A stretch of DNA of 64,000 nucleotides from a phage, in the sequence record PZ452583.1. The stretch is one strand, 5' to 3'. Of the stretch, positions 8,453-18,402 are shown one piece after another. The notes beneath the pieces were generated by a model. It saw only the letters and a list, made by a program, of their open reading frames with translations, did not search any database and was not told where the DNA came from. Each line of letters begins with the position of its first letter. Positions within the stretch are counted from its first letter, which is position 1. The translations under genes were made by a program, and so were the position numbers.

Positions 8453-10266
8453 TGGTGTTTAACCCTATGCATGATTTCTTTATTTTTACCGAGATTAAAT
8501 CCGCGCTCGTTCGGATTTCCCAAATAACCACATGTTCTTCTTATGGTATTCATCTTTTTAGGATCAGTTTCTCCACAAATAGAACAAACAAATCCGTTTT
8601 CAGTAGGAGTCATTTCATGGGTACTTCCGCATGTAAAACACTTATCTACTGGCATGTTAACACCAAAATAATCTAAATGTTGTGCAGCATAATCCCACAC
8701 GGCCTCAAGACCTTTTAAGTTATTTTTCATATCAGGAAGTTCAACATAAGAAATGTGACCACCTGTCGCAATGAAATGATATGGTGCTTCACGAGAAATC
8801 TTTTCAAACGGAGTAACATTTTCTTCTACTGAAACGTGGAAACTGTTAGTGTACCAGCCTTTATCAGTAACATCCTTTACACTTCCATATTTTTCGGTAT
8901 CAAGTTTACAGAAGCGATAACACAAGTTTTCAGCAGGAGTAGAATACAAACTAAAAGCAAATCCGGTTCTTTCAGTCCATTGTTTAAGATGAGTATTCAT
9001 TTTAGTTAAAATTTCTTGTCCAATATCACGACCGACAAGAATATTCAATTCGTGAATACCAATGTATCCTAGAGACACTGAACTTCTACCGTTTTTAAAT
9101 AACTCAATTATGTCGCCATCAGGTTTAAGACGAACCCCGAATGCACCTTCTTGGTAAAGAATAGGAGCAACAGTTGCTTTAACTCCTTTTAAGGAACTAA
9201 TTCTACACATCAAAGCTTCAAAACATAAATCCATTCGTTCATTGAACAATTCAACAAATTTCTGTTCATTGAATTGTGTTCCAATATAAGAATCTAACGC
9301 GATGCGAGGAAGATTCAATGTTACAACACCAAGATTATTACGTCCATCAAGAATTTCATTGCCAGTCGAATCTTTCCATACGCTCAAGAAACTACGGCAA
9401 CCCATCGGAGAAACAGGAACAGATGAACCAGTGATAGCTTTATTGTTCTTAGCTGAAATAATATCAGGATACATCCTTTTGCTTGCACACTCTAGAGCAA
9501 GCTGCTTAATATCATAGTTCGGATCATCTTTATAAAGATTAACACCTTCTTCGACGAACATAACAAGCTTAGGGAAAATAGGAGTTATCCCATCACGACC
9601 GAGACCTTTAATACGATTTTTCAGAATTGCTTTCTGAATCATTCGTTCAGTCCAGTCAGTTCCCGTACCAAATGTAATTGTTACAAAAGGAGTCTGTCCG
9701 TTTGAACTAAAGAGAGTATTTACTTCATATTCATACGCTTGGAATGCATCGTATACATCTTTTTCTGTTTTAGATTGAGCATAATTTAACGCATCAGCGA
9801 TTTGCCATTTTTCTGCATCCTCAATATGTTTTGCATAGGTGCGTTTAACATAAGGAGAAAGTACTTTATCTACATTAGCAAAAGTCGTTCCGCCATATTG
9901 ATGGGAAGCAACTTGCGCAGTAATTTGTGCCATAATTGCAGTAGCAACACCGATTGATTTAGGAGTTTCAATCTGCGCATTACCAAGCTTAAATCCTTTC
10001 TCAAGCATTCCTTTTAAATCTACTAAACAACAATTAGTAAATGGAAGAGCAGGGGAATAATCAATATCGTGGAAATGGATAATTCCGCTTTCATGCGCTT
10101 TCATAATAAAAGACGGGACCATATTTTTGGCAATGTGTTTAGACACAATACCAGCCATAAGGTCCCGTTGAGTTGGAAAAACACGAGAATCTTTATTAGC
10201 ATTCTCGTTTAAAAGGTCTTTATTAGTTTTATGAATCAATCCTTCAATTTCTTTTTCAATTGTCAT
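8449..10266 (-). CDS. nrdD: Anaerobic ribonucleoside-triphosphate reductase, uninterrupted
   Basis: 605 aa continuous ORF; C-terminal glycyl-radical and Zn-Cys region (CFTCGSTHEM...CSICGE); no intron present. Confidence 0.95.
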   Translation of the reverse strand: MTIEKEIEGLIHKTNKDLLNENANKDSRVFPTQRDLMAGIVSKHIAKNMVPSFIMKAHESGIIHFHDIDYSPALPFTNCCLVDLKGMLEKGFKLGNAQIETPKSIGVATAIMAQITAQVASHQYGGTTFANVDKVLSPYVKRTYAKHIEDAEKWQIADALNYAQSKTEKDVYDAFQAYEYEVNTLFSSNGQTPFVTITFGTGTDWTERMIQKAILKNRIKGLGRDGITPIFPKLVMFVEEGVNLYKDDPNYDIKQLALECASKRMYPDIISAKNNKAITGSSVPVSPMGCRSFLSVWKDSTGNEILDGRNNLGVVTLNLPRIALDSYIGTQFNEQKFVELFNERMDLCFEALMCRISSLKGVKATVAPILYQEGAFGVRLKPDGDIIELFKNGRSSVSLGYIGIHELNILVGRDIGQEILTKMNTHLKQWTERTGFAFSLYSTPAENLCYRFCKLDTEKYGSVKDVTDKGWYTNSFHVSVEENVTPFEKISREAPYHFIATGGHISYVELPDMKNNLKGLEAVWDYAAQHLDYFGVNMPVDKCFTCGSTHEMTPTENGFVCSICGETDPKKMNTIRRTCGYLGNPNERGFNLGKNKEIMHRVKHQ

Positions 10267-10736
10267 TTTAAACTCTTTCTAAGCTGCTTCTTAAATGAAG
10301 CTATTAATTGTGTTTTAGTGTCAGATTCATTATATTCAAATCCTCTTTGAAGCATCTCAGCCATCATTTCCTCTTTTCCTAAACGAGAAAATTCCTTTGA
10401 TTTATCTCCAACAAAGTTAGGGTGAATATTATTTTGGGTGTAATCGGATTTTAAATAAGTAAGTAAATTTTCTAACCATTCAAGATAATCAACACCTTGC
10501 CCCTTTAAGCCAGAACGATTAAATTTATGTTTCATTTGACCTTCTGCGGCATTGCAGAGATTACAAAGCAATCCACGTACCTTTCCTGCTTTTGGTCCAT
10601 TTAATTCATGGTCATGATCAAGATGATTAGCTTGAACATCAGGATTTAGTTCTCGTTGGCAAATTAAACATTTACCATTTTGTGCATCATAAAATTTCTG
10701 TTTTTCTTCTTTATATAATTTGCCAGTCAATAACAT
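10263..10736 (-). CDS. 49: Endonuclease VII (Holliday junction resolvase)
   Basis: 157 aa, MLLTGKLYKEEKQKFYDAQNGKCLICQREL...; matches T4 gp49 as recalled. Confidence 0.93.
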   Translation of the reverse strand: MLLTGKLYKEEKQKFYDAQNGKCLICQRELNPDVQANHLDHDHELNGPKAGKVRGLLCNLCNAAEGQMKHKFNRSGLKGQGVDYLEWLENLLTYLKSDYTQNNIHPNFVGDKSKEFSRLGKEEMMAEMLQRGFEYNESDTKTQLIASFKKQLRKSLK

Positions 10737-10777
10737 AATAAACCCTTACCTTAAATAGATAAGGGTATTTATTATTT

Positions 10778-11263
10778 TCAAGTATTGTAAAACACTTGAT
10801 TCAATCGCTTATATTGCCGAATCTTTTGGTCAGAAAAAGAAATTTGGGTTTCAAGCCATTCAATATATTCTGCCGCAGCTTGCATCAAATTTCCTTCATA
10901 GCCATCGTTATTTTCTTGTGCAGCTAATTTAGCTAATGCATATGAAATACGTTCACCTTGAAAATCGGCTTTAGGCTTCTGAACAACTTGATTAGTTCTA
11001 TCTACAACTTCTTCAATTTCGCCATTTTCTACTGATTCAGTATTCCACAAGCACCAATACGTAATTGGCTTATCGTAGATGTTAATAATCTTTCCATCAG
11101 AAAGTTCAATTTCAATAATTCCAGTATCAGGCTCTATATCATCTTCACATTCTTTTGCAAGTTCACGAACTTTAAAGACAGTACCTGCACTAAGTTCCGG
11201 CCAGTAATTACACAGCCCTGTATCAGCACGATTAATTCTAAACCACTTATCTACTGTAATCAT
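10778..11263 (-). CDS. pin: Protease inhibitor Pin-like protein, 161 aa
   Basis: Adjacent to gene 49 as in T4; ORF-track start is TTG at 11281, first ATG 11263 gives 161 aa; identity by synteny and size only. Confidence 0.55.
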   Translation of the reverse strand: MITVDKWFRINRADTGLCNYWPELSAGTVFKVRELAKECEDDIEPDTGIIEIELSDGKIINIYDKPITYWCLWNTESVENGEIEEVVDRTNQVVQKPKADFQGERISYALAKLAAQENNDGYEGNLMQAAAEYIEWLETQISFSDQKIRQYKRLNQVFYNT

Positions 11264-11386
11264 GTCCCATCTCCATATCAATTAAGTCATTTATCGTTGG
11301 TTCATTATATATTGTTTCTTCATCAGTGTAAACCGGTTCTTCCGGCTCTGGCTCTACAGTTTCCCATCTAGCCGCCCACCAAGGTT

Positions 11387-11707
11387 TTATAGCGTAATCC
11401 ATTCTCGTACTGTCTGAGTTACTACACGTTCACGGGGCTCGACTAGTTCAACAGTCGGAACTGCATAATACCAATCAGAATGATAAGAACCTGACCGAGA
11501 TTCATTTACAGCCACATGTACATTATGTTTTGGACTAAAGTAAACACACTGACGATATTGACATTTACCATCTTGCACCCAGTCTTCTATTTCGACAGGT
11601 TTAAGATAATCGGAAAAATCGAAATCATAGTTTTCCGAAAATGCATCATGGTCTTCAATGATTTCGCTCAGAACTGCATCAACATCTAATTTATTTTCAA
11701 TAGTCAT
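11387..11707 (-). CDS. Hypothetical acidic protein, 106 aa
   Basis: ATG verified. Confidence 0.55.
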   Translation of the reverse strand: MTIENKLDVDAVLSEIIEDHDAFSENYDFDFSDYLKPVEIEDWVQDGKCQYRQCVYFSPKHNVHVAVNESRSGSYHSDWYYAVPTVELVEPRERVVTQTVREWITL

Positions 11708-11717
11708 TTTTCACCAA

Positions 11718-11888
11718 TTAATTTCGCAATTTATTAAGTTCTTCATCATCAATCCAGGATTCTAGTCCTGATGGCAGGTCACATTCAATTTCCCAAAGAA
11801 GTTCTTCAATTTTCTGAAGACGATCTAGTTCTTCGGCTGGAATAGTAACCATTGACGGAGCTCGTGATACATTAATATCGTAAATCAT
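11718..11888 (-). CDS. Possible small acidic ORF, 56 aa
   Basis: Hand-translated MIYDINVSRAPSMVTIPAEELDRLQKIEELLWEIECDLPSGLESWIDDEELNKLRN; fills gap between ORFs. Confidence 0.3.
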   Translation of the reverse strand: MIYDINVSRAPSMVTIPAEELDRLQKIEELLWEIECDLPSGLESWIDDEELNKLRN

Positions 11889-11890
11889 AT

Positions 11891-12106
11891 TTACCCCAAT
11901 TTAACCATACAATCGCCGTATTTCCACTTAGAAATAGACTTTTCACCATTAGAATAATAAACTTCGAGTTTAGCACGATTATTTTTAATTTGAATAACCT
12001 TGGCTGTCATCAAAGTTCCATACCCATAATAAACTGCAACTTCATCACCTACATATACCGCGCTTCCGCGGTAATCATGAATATAGTCATTTCCTTCGAG
12101 CATCAT
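11891..12106 (-). CDS. Hypothetical protein, 71 aa
   Basis: ATG verified; coupled with nrdC. Confidence 0.5.
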   Translation of the reverse strand: MMLEGNDYIHDYRGSAVYVGDEVAVYYGYGTLMTAKVIQIKNNRAKLEVYYSNGEKSISKWKYGDCMVKLG

Positions 12107-12366
12107 TTAAAATATTCTCGCAGCTGGTCAAATCCACCAATATGACTTCCATCAGGAGCAAATACCTGGGGCATTGTCAAGCCGATTTGAGTATCACGAC
12201 CTAGTTTAGTCAGAAGCTCAGCGATTTTCTCATCATCAAAAACACCTTTTTCCGGCATAATGTTGATAAATTCAAACGGCTGTTTCTTCACGGTCAAAAG
12301 ACGTTTTGCATTATCGCAATACACACATTTATGAATGTTGCTATCATAACCATATACTTTAAACAT
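12103..12366 (-). CDS. nrdC: Phage thioredoxin/glutaredoxin
   Basis: 87 aa, MFKVYGYDSNIHKCVYCDNAKRLL... with CVYC; matches T4 NrdC as recalled. Confidence 0.92.
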   Translation of the reverse strand: MFKVYGYDSNIHKCVYCDNAKRLLTVKKQPFEFINIMPEKGVFDDEKIAELLTKLGRDTQIGLTMPQVFAPDGSHIGGFDQLREYFK

Positions 12367-12367
12367 A

Positions 12368-12610
12368 TTATTCCTTAATTCCTAGTACTTGTTTAAAAGT
12401 CTCGTCGTAATCAAGACTTTGGCCCGTTTGTTCTTTATGTTTGTATATAATATCACTTACTTCTGATAGCATATTTTTATATGAACGAGTTAAAGCAGAT
12501 TTAAGCACGCTGTATCTATCAGGAAATTTACCATGTTCATTATAATAAGCTATTGCTAATTCACGGACTGCCTTTTCAGCAGCCTCCATATATTCTTTAC
12601 GCTTGGTCAT
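12368..12610 (-). CDS. Hypothetical protein, 80 aa (nrdC.1 position)
   Basis: ATG verified. Confidence 0.55.
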   Translation of the reverse strand: MTKRKEYMEAAEKAVRELAIAYYNEHGKFPDRYSVLKSALTRSYKNMLSEVSDIIYKHKEQTGQSLDYDETFKQVLGIKE

Positions 12611-12612
12611 TT

Positions 12613-13002
12613 TTAATCCAAAATATTATTAGGCATTGGTTGAACACTCACAAGTTCTTTAAAGAACTCAGTAGAGTCAGGCAATTTAACCATTTCCGGA
12701 GCATGCTTACTGAATTTATGTTTACATTGACGGCATTTATATTCAAGCTCTGGTTTACGCCAGTTAATCAATTGAACTTGTTCAGTACCGCATTCAGGGC
12801 AATTAGGAACGTTTTTAGAAGCTCTTTCACGTCGTTCAACCATAGCCATAATAGCATCCCATGCTGGAGGTTTAAAATCTAAATCGTCGCAGCCGTGAAT
12901 CTTTCCACGCATTTCCATATCATCTTCCTCACCAGCCATAATAATTTTAATTAAACTAGAATTACTTGAAGCTGCAATGTCTTCTAATAAACGCTTTTTC
13001 AT
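12613..13002 (-). CDS. Zn-ribbon protein, 129 aa (nrdC.2 position)
   Basis: CPECG...CRQC Cys pairs; ATG verified. Confidence 0.6.
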   Translation of the reverse strand: MKKRLLEDIAASSNSSLIKIIMAGEEDDMEMRGKIHGCDDLDFKPPAWDAIMAMVERRERASKNVPNCPECGTEQVQLINWRKPELEYKCRQCKHKFSKHAPEMVKLPDSTEFFKELVSVQPMPNNILD

Positions 13003-13928
13003 TTCAATACCTCAATAGCATTACGTAAACCATTTGCTTTTGCATTAAGAGCTTTTAACAATTTGGTGTGTTCTGCAATTTGGGCTTCAACTTCAATCAA
13101 ACGGGCATTGAGATATTCACGTTCTTCACTCAGATTATCAACCTTTTCTACTTTAGGCTCTTTTACAACTGTCTTATATGTATTAGGGTTCTTCAGTTTA
13201 ATTAGAATGCGTGAACTGTATAACATTGAACCATTATCTTCGGTTTCGTCATACATTTCCACTACGTCCATAATTTTTAACATCATGCGGAGTTTATAAG
13301 ACAACGAACGAATAGTTTTGTTGTGCTTATTAATTTCTTTAGCTGTCATGGTGCCAAGATTACGTGAGTAATAATAAGGAACCTGGATATTAATTAATAC
13401 TGATGAACCACCTGGCTTGTGTGTTACTTCATCAGCAATAACCCAGTCCTTAACATGAACTGTATTTGTACGGTCATCGCCCGCGGTAAATAGTTTGCGA
13501 GCATGCTTAAAAAGCATATTCACTTGGTCATTGAATTGACAAGCAAATTTATCAGCAAATTTAGTTTCAGGAATGGTAGAAAACCAATCAGCCAAATGAG
13601 TCTTTTTAACATCATTAACAATAGTAAATTCAACCAAATCGGTTATAGATGTCTCAGATTTAATGAAGCTCGGCTTCATAAAGTTTTTAATGTTCTCATG
13701 AGCTACAGTAGAAGATAACATACGAGAACGTTTAAACCATTCAAGCAAATTGCCTAACGAATGAGAATAAGCGTTTTGAGTATCTTTACAGATATGATTT
13801 TCCTGACCAACATATTGAAGGAAATCACGAAGAATATTATTGATTACTGCTCTGTGCCCGATCTGATAATTACGGTGTTTAGTAATAAGACTGTCAAAAT
13901 AATCAATATAATGTTTACGAGTTTTCAT
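12999..13928 (-). CDS. Hypothetical protein with C-terminal coiled coil, 309 aa
   Basis: ATG verified; last ~50 aa heptad-like ([42 protein letters not shown]). Confidence 0.65.
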   Translation of the reverse strand: MKTRKHYIDYFDSLITKHRNYQIGHRAVINNILRDFLQYVGQENHICKDTQNAYSHSLGNLLEWFKRSRMLSSTVAHENIKNFMKPSFIKSETSITDLVEFTIVNDVKKTHLADWFSTIPETKFADKFACQFNDQVNMLFKHARKLFTAGDDRTNTVHVKDWVIADEVTHKPGGSSVLINIQVPYYYSRNLGTMTAKEINKHNKTIRSLSYKLRMMLKIMDVVEMYDETEDNGSMLYSSRILIKLKNPNTYKTVVKEPKVEKVDNLSEEREYLNARLIEVEAQIAEHTKLLKALNAKANGLRNAIEVLK

Positions 13929-13980
13929 ATTCTTCTCACTTGGTTAATGGTTTATACTCCGAGCCATCCTTGGCTTTAAA

Positions 13981-14982
13981 TTACTTAATTAACTGTAAAG
14001 CTTGTTCAAGACGATCAAGACGATTAACAGATTCTTCCCAAATCCTTTTAGCCTGCTCATATTCTTTCTGCGCTTTATTAGAAATTTCTAGAACTTCTTT
14101 ATAAGCTTTTTCTAGTGCAATAACTTCTGGACGAATTTCTACCGGTTCAGGTGAATCGTCAAGATTATCCATTAGTTCCTCAAGGGTAGTTTCTTCTTTA
14201 GAAGTATTCACAATTTCCTCACATTTTTGTTGATAAATTTCTTTATCAGTAGGTGAATAAGCACATTTCACTTCACGAAGACTAATTACAATTTTATATC
14301 CTTCCCATCCGCATATATTCTTAAAAGGATATGTATGAATATTTTCTACTGTTTCCATACAAAGTAGTGCAGTCTCTAATTGTCGAGTTATATCACTAGC
14401 AATTGAGAAAAATTTATTAATATTCTTTTGGTTAGCGTTTGGTGTAAAAAATCCATAATTCACAAAAATAGCTACTTTATTTTCATCAAGCTCATATTCT
14501 TTTACGATAATCATATCAGAAGCCAAAGGATGAATTTGACGATAATCGCCATAACATAATTTAGAAGCTGATTTTAGAATTTGTCCTTTGAAAAGTCTGA
14601 AATTACTAATCCAACGACGAGTAAAAATATTCTCAGGGTCTTCTTTATTATTAAGATGATAAGAATTAACATCACCGAACCAATTATATCCTACTACATC
14701 TTTAGTTCGTTTAATTTCTTTCCCAAATTTACTAAGAATATCTCTGTTGACTAAGTATGAAAGAAGACGAGACCCTTTAAAGGTTTTCTTAATGTCATCT
14801 TTATCTGTACGACTAGAAATTTCACGAACTTCATGAATAAATTTGCCGGAAGAAACAATACTTGCATTAGTATTATTGAGCCATTGATTGATAATAGAAA
14901 TCACACTATTCTTACTAGACATAGGTTTAACTTTATCATCAATAACGCTGTTGAACGATTTAATATATTCGTTGCGAGTCAT
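13981..14982 (-). CDS. Hypothetical protein with C-terminal coiled coil, 333 aa
   Basis: ORF-track 5' end runs through early promoter 15011..15040; start set at ATG 14982 with SD GAGGAG. Confidence 0.65.
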   Translation of the reverse strand: MTRNEYIKSFNSVIDDKVKPMSSKNSVISIINQWLNNTNASIVSSGKFIHEVREISSRTDKDDIKKTFKGSRLLSYLVNRDILSKFGKEIKRTKDVVGYNWFGDVNSYHLNNKEDPENIFTRRWISNFRLFKGQILKSASKLCYGDYRQIHPLASDMIIVKEYELDENKVAIFVNYGFFTPNANQKNINKFFSIASDITRQLETALLCMETVENIHTYPFKNICGWEGYKIVISLREVKCAYSPTDKEIYQQKCEEIVNTSKEETTLEELMDNLDDSPEPVEIRPEVIALEKAYKEVLEISNKAQKEYEQAKRIWEESVNRLDRLEQALQLIK

Positions 14983-15010
14983 ATTAATCTCCTCAGTAGA
15001 AAGTAAGAAC

Positions 15011-15040
15011 ATTATACCACATCCTTGTGGCAAAGTAAAC
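15011..15040 (-). promoter_or_regulatory. T4-type early promoter (-35 GTTTAC, 18 bp, -10 TATAAT) with CCACAAGGATGTGG just upstream of -10
   Basis: Read on minus strand between the two coiled-coil ORFs. Confidence 0.6.
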
Positions 15041-16044
15041 TAGTTCAGTGCATTTAGTGCATTGTTCAATTTAGAACGTTGCTTCGTGAGATTTTTTACT
15101 TTTTCTTGAGCTTTTTCTAGCATCTTTTCAGCTTCTAACACTTCATTAGTTGCTTTAACGAGTTCATCATCTACTGCCTTAAGGGACTTCTCAATCGCAT
15201 CCGCGTGCCATTTTTCAACAGGTTTAAGACTCGGATTTTCAACAGGAAGAAAATTCACTTTATTGAATTTCCATGCATCTTTATTACCTGAACTATACAT
15301 CCAAAATTTAGGATCGTTTGATGAGTAATTAGTTTGGGGTTCAGGTTTTTTCTCTTGTGTAACTTCGTCCTTTCTCAAAAAATCATATTTAAATGAAACG
15401 ATCATATCAAGTTCATATGTTGTCGTATCTAATTTAAATCGTTCGAAATGCTGCGAAATCTTAGATTGAACAGCATCAACAACATCCATATACTTAAATG
15501 CTTCTGTCAACTGTGATTTAAGGCATTCACAAATTGAAAGAGAATTTTTTGTATTAGGTTTAAAGCTAATTCGTGCAGTTCTATTATTTTCTTTTAACGG
15601 TCTTACTTCCATCTGAAGAGTATAACCATCAAATTTCAGATTCTTTAAGTTAATATCAGAACCTTTTAATCGACTAGCCGTAGACAAAATTTGCTTTAAT
15701 TGTTTACGGAATAGAGCAATAAATCTCCATTCAAGACGATAATGATTTGGATTAAAAAATCCTGTTGATAAATCAACCTTACTCTGACCAACGCCTTGAA
15801 CAAATAGAGGATTTTTATAATCAATAGTTTTACAGAAATCGGTGAGCTGCTCACGAGCAGTCATTTGAGTAATATACCCTGCTTCATTAAAATGACGTAA
15901 CCATTCACTGCTATTCATATACTTAAAGTGAATATCACGATTAACTTTATCAGGGTCTAAATTATTTTGGCACAAAAATGTCATAACATTACGGGTATAG
16001 CTGGCATTACGAACCATATCTTCAATTTGAGAACGAGTTTTCAT
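15040..16044 (-). CDS. Hypothetical protein with C-terminal coiled coil, 334 aa
   Basis: ATG verified; C-terminal helical/charged tail. Confidence 0.65.
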   Translation of the reverse strand: MKTRSQIEDMVRNASYTRNVMTFLCQNNLDPDKVNRDIHFKYMNSSEWLRHFNEAGYITQMTAREQLTDFCKTIDYKNPLFVQGVGQSKVDLSTGFFNPNHYRLEWRFIALFRKQLKQILSTASRLKGSDINLKNLKFDGYTLQMEVRPLKENNRTARISFKPNTKNSLSICECLKSQLTEAFKYMDVVDAVQSKISQHFERFKLDTTTYELDMIVSFKYDFLRKDEVTQEKKPEPQTNYSSNDPKFWMYSSGNKDAWKFNKVNFLPVENPSLKPVEKWHADAIEKSLKAVDDELVKATNEVLEAEKMLEKAQEKVKNLTKQRSKLNNALNALN

Positions 16045-16052
16045 AGTGTTCC

Positions 16053-16940
16053 TTAAGATTTAAGTAAATCAACAATTTTAATTAATTTTTCACGCTCAGA
16101 TTTAGCTTTACTACTCAATCCAGATAGTCTGAAAATTTCATCGTCATACTGTTGAATAGAAATATTCAGCTCTTCAATTTGCTTATTAAAATAATCAATT
16201 TGTTCAGAATGTTTTTCGTTACTACGAACTGGTACAGGTTTTGTAGGAAATTTAGTTAAACTGGATTCATCCGGGCGATAAATTAAAATGCAATTTGAAC
16301 CAATCGAGCATTTAGCACCAGATGAATATTCTAACGTTCCAGCTTCTTTTAAAACTTCAAAAGCTAAACAGAGATGATGCCCCATATTAACATAATCAGT
16401 AGAGCGAGCTCTGATATAATAATCATCGCCGCGAATACTAAATTTAAAGCATTTAAGGTCTTCTGTATTATTGGTCTTAAAAATCATTTGTTTATCTAGA
16501 CCTTTAGCTAATCGAGCGCCTAATGCTAATAATCGTCGTTGATTTTCCCACAAATCTGCGATCATTTGGTCAAATGATAATTTCGGCATTAGTCGACCGT
16601 AAAGATCATAGCCTTTATTATAATTGCGAAGAATTTCACTTGCATTAATACGAGACAATGCTCCAATTTTATTAAGGGCTTTCATAATGCGATTAGATAA
16701 ACCCATTCCAGACCCGTTTGTTCGCTGTAAATGTTTTTCTAATCCAAATCCAATATCAACTTTAAACTTATCTAAAATTTCTGCATGAACATCTCTGTCA
16801 ATAACATTCAAATCCAAAGTTGGGTTAAATCTATGAAAAAATTTATCTGGCTCTCCACGACGAAGTACAGTCCATTCATTCAATTTTTTATTAACTAAAG
16901 ATTTAATTACTGCATTGACATTATTAATTACTACTGACAT
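16053..16940 (-). CDS. Hypothetical protein with C-terminal coiled coil, 295 aa
   Basis: ORF-track start is TTG at 16961; ATG 16940 has SD GAGGA. Confidence 0.65.
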   Translation of the reverse strand: MSVVINNVNAVIKSLVNKKLNEWTVLRRGEPDKFFHRFNPTLDLNVIDRDVHAEILDKFKVDIGFGLEKHLQRTNGSGMGLSNRIMKALNKIGALSRINASEILRNYNKGYDLYGRLMPKLSFDQMIADLWENQRRLLALGARLAKGLDKQMIFKTNNTEDLKCFKFSIRGDDYYIRARSTDYVNMGHHLCLAFEVLKEAGTLEYSSGAKCSIGSNCILIYRPDESSLTKFPTKPVPVRSNEKHSEQIDYFNKQIEELNISIQQYDDEIFRLSGLSSKAKSEREKLIKIVDLLKS

Positions 16941-16947
16941 ATTTTCC

Positions 16948-17355
16948 TCACTCAATTTCAATTTTACTAAATACGCAGAATATGATGGAAAAGACTATAT
17001 AAGCACCGCATACAGATTGAACTAATACCATTCCAAAGAACCAAACAATATTATCAAACAATGTCTGTTTTACGTCGAAAGGACGTAAACTTACAGTAAT
17101 ATTATCGCCTTTTTCTATTGATGAATACATCTCTGGGGAAATATATTCGCTAAATCTATAACCGTCTTTGAGTTCATATACGGCAATAAACGATAAACTA
17201 GACCCCTTTCCTTGAGTTCCTGTAAGGGTATTAACTACAGTAACATCATAATCTTTATAATGCATATAATCATTAATTGCGTAATAACCATATGCAACTA
17301 CTACGCATAAACAACATATCAATAAATTCAATCTTTTAATTATCAACTGTTTCAT
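16948..17355 (-). CDS. Membrane protein, 135 aa (N- and C-terminal hydrophobic segments)
   Basis: ATG verified; hydrophobic stretches at both ends. Confidence 0.55.
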   Translation of the reverse strand: MKQLIIKRLNLLICCLCVVVAYGYYAINDYMHYKDYDVTVVNTLTGTQGKGSSLSFIAVYELKDGYRFSEYISPEMYSSIEKGDNITVSLRPFDVKQTLFDNIVWFFGMVLVQSVCGAYIVFSIIFCVFSKIEIE

Positions 17356-17410
17356 AATAATCTCAATTAAAAGGGCTTAGAACCATTATACCATCCTTGG
17401 TATAAAGCGG

Positions 17411-17938
17411 TTATGCGAGTACCGTCTTTAACCGTTCTTCAAACTTCCGAAGAGTATTCTGGCGTTCAGCTCTTTGCTTTTTGTAAGTTTCAATACGCTC
17501 TGAAATGAGAGTGTATCGTTCATTTACTGATTCTTTCATAAAATCAGGAATTTCACGAGAAGCTTTAATCTCGTCAAATTTATCAATAACAGCTTGCTCT
17601 TCAGCAATTAAGTTATCATACATCAAAATATCTTTCTTGATGAACTCAATATCTTCTTGAGTTACACGAGATAATTTAGATGCTTTATCCTTTTTGTACT
17701 GTTCGTTAGTATCACGAGACCAGTGTAATGTACGATTTTTATTCGTATTCTTGTAAATTTCTACAATACCAATCTCATCGATAATAACGATCCAATTCCA
17801 ACGGGATTTGTAAATTTGTCCTCCATCAACCGTGATTTCACCACCGATTGAGACATCATTAAAGAACTTGCTTTGAGCTTCAGATTTAAATTTACCATCA
17901 TTGTAGTTTACCAAGTTGAAAATATCTTTAGCATTCAT
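17411..17938 (-). CDS. Hypothetical protein with C-terminal helical tail, 175 aa
   Basis: ORF-track 5' end is promoter read-through; ATG 17938 with SD GGAGG just downstream of early promoter. Confidence 0.6.
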   Translation of the reverse strand: MNAKDIFNLVNYNDGKFKSEAQSKFFNDVSIGGEITVDGGQIYKSRWNWIVIIDEIGIVEIYKNTNKNRTLHWSRDTNEQYKKDKASKLSRVTQEDIEFIKKDILMYDNLIAEEQAVIDKFDEIKASREIPDFMKESVNERYTLISERIETYKKQRAERQNTLRKFEERLKTVLA

Positions 17939-17966
17939 TTTCTGTTCCTCCGTAGTTGATAGTTGT

Positions 17967-17996
17967 ATAATACCACAGAGGAACAGTCTTGTAAAC
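17967..17996 (-). promoter_or_regulatory. T4-type early promoter (GTTTAC, 18 bp, TATTAT) inside a hairpin whose 3' arm is the downstream SD
   Basis: 9-bp inverted repeat CTGTTCCTC (17942-17950) / GAGGAACAG (17978-17986) brackets the -10. Confidence 0.65.
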
Positions 17997-17998
17997 AA

Positions 17999-18313
17999 CT
18001 AAAAGAAACTTCTTTCACAATTTTTTCCACTGAACCAAGCGCTCACTGCTTTCTTAGTCTCAGGAGCAGTGTTATCCATAAACCATTCAAAGGCAGCCTT
18101 TTTATGATTCTGGAGGGCTTCTCGGGCTTTAATCTGCTCACGGTCTATTAACACTAACATATGAGCCTTTCTTGTCACCAAGGGCTTCTTATGATTTTTT
18201 GAATACTCCCAATCATTTGTCCAACGCATTGTCGTTGCGAACTGATGAACCGCGTCTTTAATTTTAGTTTCATAAATTTCACGAGCTTTTGAGTATAACA
18301 TCTTTACCTCCAT
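17999..18313 (-). CDS. Hypothetical protein, 104 aa
   Basis: ATG verified. Confidence 0.55.
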   Translation of the reverse strand: MEVKMLYSKAREIYETKIKDAVHQFATTMRWTNDWEYSKNHKKPLVTRKAHMLVLIDREQIKAREALQNHKKAAFEWFMDNTAPETKKAVSAWFSGKNCERSFF

Positions 18314-18402
18314 TTACTAGTTTAATTCTAGTCATCTTTTTAATGGCAGTCCATATAATCTATTTCTGAACTGCCTTTTTGTCTTAGAAGTCCTCTTATG
18401 AA

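Noticed and set aside
8449-10266. Looked for a group I intron or intron-encoded endonuclease in nrdD
   Set aside because: The reading frame is continuous for 605 codons with no inserted non-coding block.
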